From a virus (Duplodnaviria > Heunggongvirae > Uroviricota > Caudoviricetes): 63,103 nucleotides of DNA. Position numbers and translations under genes: made by a program. The notes under the pieces were generated by a model. The model made no database searches. It was not told the origin of the DNA and worked only from the letters and a program-made list of their open reading frames with translations. Shown here in pieces: positions 55,639 to 63,103 of the stretch. Where the stretch lies: positions 130,700 through 193,802 of the IMG/VR virus record IMGVR_UViG_3300023202_000102; one strand, written 5' to 3'. Within the stretch, counting starts at the first letter, position 1; each line of letters begins with the position of its first letter.

Positions 55639-58600
55639 ATGACAGTATTTCCAACTGCAATTGATGATGATCGATCAATCATAAGAATAGACGATAATCT
55701 TTCGGAAATGGGTGGTACATCCATCAATCAAATCCGAGAGGCTATCTTTGCTATTGAAAGAACTCTGGGCCTGAACCTGCAGGGCTCAATGGGGAGCCTT
55801 GCAGAACGCCTGAATGTATCTATCAATTCAGATGGAACTCTAAGAACAGATGCCCTTCAAGCTGTCGGTTTGGCAACACTGCCAATCCATGACAACCAAG
55901 TGGCTGCGACTGCGGGGATCCAGGAATCTAAGTTAGACCTGGATTTCAGCACGTCCGATCTTGCAACTCAACTTGCTGCTCTCGATGCTTTGGTAAACTC
56001 CACAGCAGATCTTGCAACGCTAACCAATGCAGACTTGCTCATTCATATTGCTGGCGGTACGCTGCTGAATGACAACTCTACCCAGGCACGTCACGTTGCT
56101 TCTCAGATCGATATTAACAATGTTCCCCTTGATACCAGAGACGGTACCTACATCTGGGGTGGTCTTAAGGACAAGAACGGTAATCTCCGTTCTGCAACTC
56201 AGGTAGCAGAGGCATTACTTCAGATCAATGATGATTTCGTTGCTCACCAAAACGCCATCTCAGAAGCTCATGTTGCTACGGCCATCTCTGTAGATACAAC
56301 TAACTTCCTTGAGATTCCTAAAGAACTTACAGATGTTCAGGCTGTCTTTGATTACTTTGATGATCAAGAGACTCTATCTACAGGGCTTGACCGAGCTACC
56401 TTACATACTAATGGCATCATCCGAGATGTGCGTGCAGAAGATCCACGAGTGGCTGTAGATGGATACAACACCAGCATCGTACCAGAAACGAAGGTCGCGG
56501 CATACTTGGCTGAACCAAGCCAGACAGCACCAAATGACAACGCATCCAATGGTGATGATGTTATTCAGTTTTTCCCAGAAGACAACTCTAAGTTTACCTT
56601 TGACGCTCAGTTCTCCCAAGTAAAGGTTGGAGACACCCTCCGTATTAACTATGGAATGGGAATTGAGGCTGTTTTCCCAATTAAAAGTATTCGCTTCAAG
56701 CCTGGAACTGAGTGGGCTGTTCGAATTAGTACTTACAACCTCAAGAACCTTGATGGTTACAACGGCACAGACGGATACGATGGGTATGCCCGCATCGATA
56801 AGTCCAGATTCGACAACAACACTTGGGGTGTGTTTGCAGCAGCTGGTGCTGTGCCTAACACCAACCCAGGTGGGGCATGTGATATTCAACCACAAAGCGT
56901 TATCATCGGAAATCCAAAAGGAGCTACAGCGCTAGGTATAGGTTTCGACCCTGGTAAGTTGGATATTGATCATTACAAACTATATCTTAGACTGTACCCA
57001 TCTGGTGATCCCGAGGTGTTCACAGACCTTCCATTTATTGATGTGACAGGTAATGCTGGAACCACCCCAGGTGCGTACAATATCGACAGAGTTGTAGAGG
57101 CTACAAACGCAGAGTTCCGTAAGGCAGGGTATAATTACAGATTCATTGCATTCAACTACAAGGGTGAGTTCGGCCTCATGCTTGCAGACGCCTACAACAA
57201 CGCTTCTTTCTCCATCATTGCTGGTCAAATCAATGGTACATCCATTGAGGAGGCTTCCTTTACTGAAAACGCAATTGGAGATGCCACAGATGGTTACGAC
57301 GGCTTAGGATTGGGCGCAGGAAGGGCTGGATTTGCAACACCAGTCTTACCATCAGGATCTGACTTTACAGACGCTCAGGCGGCAGCAAGTCTATCAACAC
57401 TGGTGATTCCTCCGGTAACTGGCAGAGATTCTATTATTGACGGCGCTAGACAGGATATTTTAGGAACGCCATCTCTTACCCAAGGTGATGGGTATTGGAT
57501 TGGTACCGTTACAGATGTAACAACAAACATCATTGAAAACACCAAGACTGTAACATATACTGTTCCTTTAGATCTTTCTGCTCAGGAACTTGCTGTTGGA
57601 AAAACTATTGTTATACAACCAACCGATCCTACAAATGCAGACATTGCGGGATATGGTCGTTTTATCATCGGTAATGTTACCTATGATGATAATTGTGGTA
57701 CGGTAAATCAAACCATTATTTCTGTTATCAATGGTATTCATGGAACCGGAGATCCATTAGGTACAACTCTACCTCTTAACACTGAGGTTAAGTTGTACTT
57801 CTCAGAGGACTCTGTTGGGTTTAACAATACCAATGTAGTTGGTGATACCGCAGATTACTTTAGGTATCATGAGATTTTTGCAACTCCAACAAGAGAGACG
57901 TTTGCTGTTGAGCGAGCGCGCATGCCAAAACAGACTGAGACCGGTATTCTTCTTGGTACGCTAACGGAGAATTGGAGAATTAGAAAAGTTTCTCCAAAAC
58001 TTAAAGGGGTTAGAACAGGTTCTGATTTTCGTAGCTTTGTAAGGTTTGTTGTTACTGACTATGATCCTGCAACGGGAAGGTATGACGGTTACATTGGAGA
58101 GCCAGATGGAGATTCAATTCTTAACCCAGGACCAATTGTTAGTGGTAAGAAAGATCGTACGGTACGGTTTTATGATGGAACCTACGTTAGTCATATAGAT
58201 ATAGAGTTTAGAGAATTTTCTACCACTCCTGGTGTTAACATTATGCCAGATACCTCTCCAAGGTATGTGGATATTGAGGTTTTTGATACTTTACAAAGAC
58301 ATGATGAATTCTTTGTTCTTGCTGGTGTTAGTCACAATGTTTTGGACTTTCAATCCATTACCGATCTTCGTGAGTTTGGAACACTATCTGAAGATAACTT
58401 TACAGATTCGGCAATCAAATTTATCCAAGCTGGAGAGCGTTATCTTCATGCTAATGGAGTTGTACGAGGATTTGAATACGAAGGTACGGCAACGAACTCT
58501 GAGGCAGTGCTTGGGTTTACTGGAGGTATAGCGCTGGTTAATGGAGCATTTGTTGCAACAGATTCCTTTGAGGTAAAACTTCCAGAGGTTAAATCCAGCT

Positions 58601-60789
58601 CTTCTGATGAGGTGAATTTTCTCATCTGTGTTACCGAAGGAGGACAGCTTCAGGCGGTCGTTCAGGAGACCGGAACAGGGGCGCAATTCTATGCCGTAGA
58701 TACTGGCTACTATGTTGAGACGTTATCGTTCAGAGATGTTGTTAACAAACACAAAAAACTTACCATTGTAGCTAAGGTAAATGCCACAATTGCAGATCAA
58801 GATGGGGGTGGAACCACCTACTCATTAAACTCTGTGGTAGATGCAAGGCGTTTTGTTTACAACGAAAGTGTTCGTGGACCATGGTCATTGACTGTAAGTC
58901 CAGAAGAGGATGGGTATGTCGCTACATTCAGATCAGCTGAGGCGGTAACGTGCTGGGTTAATGAATACGATATTTCTGAGGTTAAAATAGTTTATTTAGA
59001 AACAAATGAATGTATTGATCTATCAGGAATGAATAACAAGGTTAGATTCTATGGAGGAAATGCTCTTATAAATTCAGATGTTGGTGTGATGATTGGAAAC
59101 AATGTGCACCTAGATGGCATAGACTTTATCTACAATCCAAATCAAGCAGAAATTGTAGATAACAATCTGCATCTAAACACTGACTTTGGGTGTGTATACT
59201 CTGAGGATTACGAAAACATGAAGGTCACAAATTGTACTTTCATTTCAACCGTAGAATGCCCACCAGCAATTCACTTCAAACCAACTTCTTCAAATGACTT
59301 GGTAGCAATTGAAGTTTCTAACAACAGGTTCAATCTTTCTAGTAATGTTCAGAACTGCGCAATTGCGTTTACAAAGCGTGGTTCAGTAACTGATGAGCTT
59401 AGTCTGAATTCAGTTATTGTATCTGGAAACACATGCGAAGGCTCACAGGCAATTGTTATTTCGGTTGATGCAAATGTATTTGATGGTGATTCAATTGACT
59501 CAGATCCGTTTGTTACCAATAATGTATCGATAACTCGAAACCAGTGTGGTGCTATTGGTTTCCTTACGTCTGAAGCAGGCCAGAATCATACTGCGCTTCA
59601 GATTTCTGAGAATGACGCTCTCATCATCACAACAATGGATGGTGGCGGAAACCAGATTGACATTGACGATTTTGATATTCCTGACGAGACGGGAGCTGTA
59701 ACTATTGATAGAAATAAGTGCTACAGTATTGGGGTTACTATAGACAACACCTCTGCCTCTTCATACATCAACATCACGAACAACAACATTGTTTCCGGAA
59801 GCAGTTCTGTATTCCCTGGCGGGTACAACAATACCTATGGAAGTATTGGTATTTATGTTTGCTCTCCATACATTGGAACGGTTTCTGGGGCGCAGGTTTC
59901 CAATGTAAAGATTATTGGAAACTCCATATACCAGATACCAGAGTTGGGCAGAACTTATGATGGTGGTATTGAGCTTCACAAAGCTGGTATAATTGCCAAC
60001 AACTCAATCGGTGCGCTTGCAAGCGATGCCGTTGGTATCAGACTTGTTGGTGTCGATACCAATGATGACAATGACTCAAGAAGAGAAATTTCTGTGCATA
60101 ACAATGCTATCAATAGAGGAAGCGTGGCAATTGATGCATTTATCTCAATTGATGCAGTTGTTGACGATCCGACCTTCTACAAGATTGTAGATAATTATTT
60201 CGATTCGAGGTACATCGATCTATTGAATACGGATGATGATACGATAAAAATCAGTAATAATCCCAAGTCATTGATTGATAGAAATATAAATCATTTGCAA
60301 ACTACAAACTATCATCTTACGCCATATTTTGGTCCAAGAAAAACATCATCTTCTGGCGCTATGGTTTATAATAGATTTTTTGATCAGCCTCAAGTTGACA
60401 ATGTTAGAGGGGTCGTATATAATGCAAGTGGTTTAACAGTTGAACTTGATACTGGTGGAACTTCTGATTTAATTGGCGTCATACCACTTAATACGGTTTT
60501 GCCACCAGGAGCAAAGCTAGTTAAAATAAGTCAAGGAGGTCTTGGTCTTGACATTATTGCCGGAGAACTTTCTATAAGTGTTTTTGGTACTTTATCTGGA
60601 TTGATTGATTCTGATACACAAGATTTGTCTGTTTTTGCAGGGGGCACTTTAGAGTTAGACGCACCAAGCACCACACGCAGTGTAGAGGCAGAGCAATATA
60701 GACTTGTTATTGTATTAGATGATATCAAACCTGATGCGGGAGGCGGTTCATGGGTTTTTACTTTTTCAACAATTACTTACACATGGTAA
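55639..60789 (+). CDS. Large virion structural protein (1716 aa) with C-terminal beta-helix
   Basis: N-terminal 'FPTAIDD...INQIREAIFAIERTLG', 'NGVVRGF' module, beta-helix repeats ('VSNNRF', 'VSGNTC', 'IIGNSI', 'IANNSI'); eight DGY motifs. Confidence 0.7.
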   Translation: MTVFPTAIDDDRSIIRIDDNLSEMGGTSINQIREAIFAIERTLGLNLQGSMGSLAERLNVSINSDGTLRTDALQAVGLATLPIHDNQVAATAGIQESKLDLDFSTSDLATQLAALDALVNSTADLATLTNADLLIHIAGGTLLNDNSTQARHVASQIDINNVPLDTRDGTYIWGGLKDKNGNLRSATQVAEALLQINDDFVAHQNAISEAHVATAISVDTTNFLEIPKELTDVQAVFDYFDDQETLSTGLDRATLHTNGIIRDVRAEDPRVAVDGYNTSIVPETKVAAYLAEPSQTAPNDNASNGDDVIQFFPEDNSKFTFDAQFSQVKVGDTLRINYGMGIEAVFPIKSIRFKPGTEWAVRISTYNLKNLDGYNGTDGYDGYARIDKSRFDNNTWGVFAAAGAVPNTNPGGACDIQPQSVIIGNPKGATALGIGFDPGKLDIDHYKLYLRLYPSGDPEVFTDLPFIDVTGNAGTTPGAYNIDRVVEATNAEFRKAGYNYRFIAFNYKGEFGLMLADAYNNASFSIIAGQINGTSIEEASFTENAIGDATDGYDGLGLGAGRAGFATPVLPSGSDFTDAQAAASLSTLVIPPVTGRDSIIDGARQDILGTPSLTQGDGYWIGTVTDVTTNIIENTKTVTYTVPLDLSAQELAVGKTIVIQPTDPTNADIAGYGRFIIGNVTYDDNCGTVNQTIISVINGIHGTGDPLGTTLPLNTEVKLYFSEDSVGFNNTNVVGDTADYFRYHEIFATPTRETFAVERARMPKQTETGILLGTLTENWRIRKVSPKLKGVRTGSDFRSFVRFVVTDYDPATGRYDGYIGEPDGDSILNPGPIVSGKKDRTVRFYDGTYVSHIDIEFREFSTTPGVNIMPDTSPRYVDIEVFDTLQRHDEFFVLAGVSHNVLDFQSITDLREFGTLSEDNFTDSAIKFIQAGERYLHANGVVRGFEYEGTATNSEAVLGFTGGIALVNGAFVATDSFEVKLPEVKSSSSDEVNFLICVTEGGQLQAVVQETGTGAQFYAVDTGYYVETLSFRDVVNKHKKLTIVAKVNATIADQDGGGTTYSLNSVVDARRFVYNESVRGPWSLTVSPEEDGYVATFRSAEAVTCWVNEYDISEVKIVYLETNECIDLSGMNNKVRFYGGNALINSDVGVMIGNNVHLDGIDFIYNPNQAEIVDNNLHLNTDFGCVYSEDYENMKVTNCTFISTVECPPAIHFKPTSSNDLVAIEVSNNRFNLSSNVQNCAIAFTKRGSVTDELSLNSVIVSGNTCEGSQAIVISVDANVFDGDSIDSDPFVTNNVSITRNQCGAIGFLTSEAGQNHTALQISENDALIITTMDGGGNQIDIDDFDIPDETGAVTIDRNKCYSIGVTIDNTSASSYINITNNNIVSGSSSVFPGGYNNTYGSIGIYVCSPYIGTVSGAQVSNVKIIGNSIYQIPELGRTYDGGIELHKAGIIANNSIGALASDAVGIRLVGVDTNDDNDSRREISVHNNAINRGSVAIDAFISIDAVVDDPTFYKIVDNYFDSRYIDLLNTDDDTIKISNNPKSLIDRNINHLQTTNYHLTPYFGPRKTSSSGAMVYNRFFDQPQVDNVRGVVYNASGLTVELDTGGTSDLIGVIPLNTVLPPGAKLVKISQGGLGLDIIAGELSISVFGTLSGLIDSDTQDLSVFAGGTLELDAPSTTRSVEAEQYRLVIVLDDIKPDAGGGSWVFTFSTITYTW

Positions 60790-60792
60790 GGT

Positions 60793-61608
60793 TTAGTAGC
60801 AGCAGTATACTCCAATGCCATAATCAAGATTTATATTAAAATTATCACACGTCATACCAGAAGAATTTTCTGGTAAAGATACATTATCGGTACTTTCTGG
60901 TTGGGCACATGATACGATTTGAATATCATCAAGAGATGATACTTCGGGAACATTAATAATTGTAGAATTACAGAAAAATTCTCTCATCATTTCATTTGAT
61001 GCTTGGTTAATACAACCACCAGAGCACATACCAGAAATACCTTCCCATCTTTCCGGGAAGGTATTGTCCATTACCCATGAAAGATGGGTGTTGCGATTTC
61101 CTCCACAATAATGCCAGTCAGACTGACAAGAATCACAAGTAATAATACCACCACATCCATCATTGTGATTTGCACAAGCAGAACCTTCTGTGCCTTGTTC
61201 TGCAAATTCTGAATTATTAAGCTCAAGAGTAATTTCATCACATGTCTTAGGAATACAAACCCCACTACCACCAGTTGAGGTTTCACCACCAGATGCACCA
61301 CCTGATGGCATCCCTCCGGAATTACCGGATACATCACCACCCGTTCCACCGGTTGAAGATCCTCCGGACTCTCCGGATTGTTCACAATCACAAAGACCCC
61401 ACTCACCGGCCTCACAAAATTGAATGCCTGCGCATTCGTCTTGGCCAGAGCAATCTACTGGATCTGTATTGTCAGAATCACAAACCGTTCCAGTGAGCTT
61501 GTTGGGAACTGGCTCTTTGGGTCCGGTTGATGTGGTGGTGAATTCGTCACCACCGCAGGCGATGGTTAAAGACATGCTCGCAATGATTGTCAGGATGTAT
61601 TTGTTCAT
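60793..61608 (-). CDS. Cys-rich lipoprotein with Gly/Ser/Thr linker
   Basis: Lipobox 'LTIAC-GG', 'GGSSTGGTGG...GGETSTGG' linker, 'C.PKTC...C....DGCGG...C' motif, C-terminal 'YCCY'. Confidence 0.75.
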   Translation of the reverse strand: MNKYILTIIASMSLTIACGGDEFTTTSTGPKEPVPNKLTGTVCDSDNTDPVDCSGQDECAGIQFCEAGEWGLCDCEQSGESGGSSTGGTGGDVSGNSGGMPSGGASGGETSTGGSGVCIPKTCDEITLELNNSEFAEQGTEGSACANHNDGCGGIITCDSCQSDWHYCGGNRNTHLSWVMDNTFPERWEGISGMCSGGCINQASNEMMREFFCNSTIINVPEVSSLDDIQIVSCAQPESTDNVSLPENSSGMTCDNFNINLDYGIGVYCCY

Positions 61609-61697
61609 GTGTTTTCGTTTCGTTTTGGTTTTCTAGGTCATCGGATATTCCGGGAATCGCTGCGGGCTTTGGGGTTTTTTGCCCCGAAGACACCATG

Positions 61698-61726
61698 AAG
61701 CTACCTCAAACCAAGAGTTCTGTCAA
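61698..61726 (-). promoter_or_regulatory. Sigma70-type promoter for the antisense lipoprotein
   Basis: On the minus strand: TTGACA, 17 nt, TAGCTT, about 90 nt upstream of ATG 61608. Confidence 0.7.
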
Positions 61727-61780
61727 GGAAAAACGACACATTGCATTTGTATGCGCTTTTTCGCTATTTTGGATTCGTAC

Positions 61781-62656
61781 ATGAAGACTTCTCATGTCGA
61801 GTTTCAGAATGAATATTCCAGCACAAATGAAATGGAATATGAATCAGCTAAGTGCTCAAAGTGCAATAGAGTGCTTCCACTTGATCGTGAGCATTTTCAC
61901 GTACGCACGAATGAACCATTGCAATTCAGAAAGGATTGCAAGGAATGCGTTGCAAAGCGCGGTGCTTCTTACCGGAAGGTGAACCGAGACAAAGTCTTGG
62001 AATCTAAACGCAGATATCGTGAAAAGAACCTCGACAAAGTGCGTGAGTATACGCGCGAATATAATGCCCGACCAGAAGTGAAAGAGCGCATACGTGAGTA
62101 CCGTAAGTCTGATGAGCAGCGTGCAAAGCAGTCGGTAAGGAACAAGCGTTACAGTTCTAAACCATCTATTAAGGCGAAGAGGGTTCAGAAGAGAGTTGAG
62201 CAATACCACTCGGACATAGAAGCCTCTAGAAAATCTCAGTGCGAATACAAGAGGCGAGAAGAAGTTAAACAGCGAACCAGAGAGTATTACCACAGAACTA
62301 AAACGCCAGAAAAACGTCTGAGGGCTTCTGTCAAAGCATCTATCATCTACCACCTTAAATGCCAAGGCAAATCAAAGAACGATTCTTTGATAAGGCATCT
62401 AGGATATACTCTTGAAGAGCTGAAAGTTCACATAGAATCTTTGTGGGAACCATGGATGAGTTGGGATAATTGGGGGCTATATCGGGTCGATACCTGGGAT
62501 GATAATGATCCATCCACATGGACCTGGCACATAGATCATATTCAGAGGCACCATACATTTGGGTACGACTCAATGAAGCACCCTGATTTTAAGCGGTGTT
62601 GGGCATTGTCAAATCTAAGACCTCTTTCGGCTAAAGAGAACGTAATCCGGCAATAA
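61781..62656 (+). mobile_element. HNH-type homing endonuclease with Zn-finger and basic helical repeats
   Basis: CSKC...CKEC, R/K/Y/E-rich repeats, 'LGYTLEELK.HIE..W...MSWDNWG...WHIDHI...CWALSNLRPL...N'. Start uncertain. Confidence 0.8.
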
Positions 62657-62664
62657 TTTAGCAT
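62653..62664 (+). promoter_or_regulatory. Putative late promoter element
   Basis: ATAA-ttta-GCAT, 6 nt, ATG 62671; no SD. Confidence 0.55.
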
Positions 62665-62670
62665 CCTGGC

Positions 62671-63103
62671 ATGACGCCAGGAACACTAAATTTTCATAGG
62701 ACGGATCTGTATCAAATTCATCATGTGGTACAGAATACCCTAATGAGTTATCCTAAGGAGCTTGTAATTGATATCCTTAGGAAAGAATTTAGTAAGGATT
62801 CATATTATGCGTACCGCCAAGATGAGTGGGGGTACCCTAAAGTTGTAGATCTAACCGATGTTCCCCTAGAGGCCGGTTATGATGACGATAGAACCACCCG
62901 AATCTTTATCGGGGAAGCGTTCAGGCAGGATGCAATTCTGTACCCAGCGCTGATGGTTCGTATGACCTCAGCGAAGTCAGTGCCCATTTCGATGTCCCGT
63001 AACAAGGAGACCATCGAATATGAGAAGCAGTTAGTAATTGATGGGTATGGAAACACAAAGGAGTTTTTCATACCTCGGTACATCGACCTGGCTGGGGCAT
63101 GGG
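62671..63103 (+). CDS. Putative tail-completion/terminator-like protein, 3'-partial (absent from the ORF track)
   Basis: Open frame MTPGTLNFHRTDLYQ...IFIGEAFRQDAILYPALMVR...VIDGYGN... to the window end; 'YPALMV' resembles tail-completion proteins. Confidence 0.5.
   Translation, partial: MTPGTLNFHRTDLYQIHHVVQNTLMSYPKELVIDILRKEFSKDSYYAYRQDEWGYPKVVDLTDVPLEAGYDDDRTTRIFIGEAFRQDAILYPALMVRMTSAKSVPISMSRNKETIEYEKQLVIDGYGNTKEFFIPRYIDLAGAW

Noticed and set aside
1-63103. Stop-codon reassignment (TAG read as sense), as in some large phages
   Set aside because: Long genes are intact under the standard code and TAG ends genes sensibly at 15985, 16403 and 49414. Only one in-frame TAG (42708) was seen.

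Overview
The window is the virion-morphogenesis region of a large (jumbo-type) tailed dsDNA phage, Caudoviricetes with HK97-fold head genes, standard genetic code, almost all on the + strand. Gene order: terminase large subunit with a LAGLIDADG intein (5'-partial), portal, about 20 probable internal-head or ejection proteins (including a CX5R phosphatase), a 1119-aa prohead protease-scaffold, three decoration-protein paralogues, major capsid protein, three His/Asp-repeat fibre genes, an accessory island (patatin, IscS-like desulfurase, broken HNH, cold-shock protein, papain-like peptidase, lipoprotein), neck and spike genes, a holin-like gene, free-standing homing endonucleases, an antisense Cys-rich lipoprotein with a sigma70 promoter, and a partial tail-completion-like gene. 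The main hidden structure is two nearly non-overlapping peptide codes. Proteins between the portal and the capsid gene carry many K/R-x-A motifs (candidate maturation-protease sites) plus two shared modules, a helical 'L[D/E/R]xxG' hairpin and an 'AHP' module. Presumed outer virion proteins instead carry a strongly over-represented Asp-Gly-Tyr (DGY) tripeptide, about 32 copies by hand count with varied codons. A recurring ATAW-N4-GYAT element lies exactly 6 nt before several start codons that lack a Shine-Dalgarno site, suggesting a phage late promoter producing leaderless mRNAs. All calls come from reading motifs by eye; no database searches were run.
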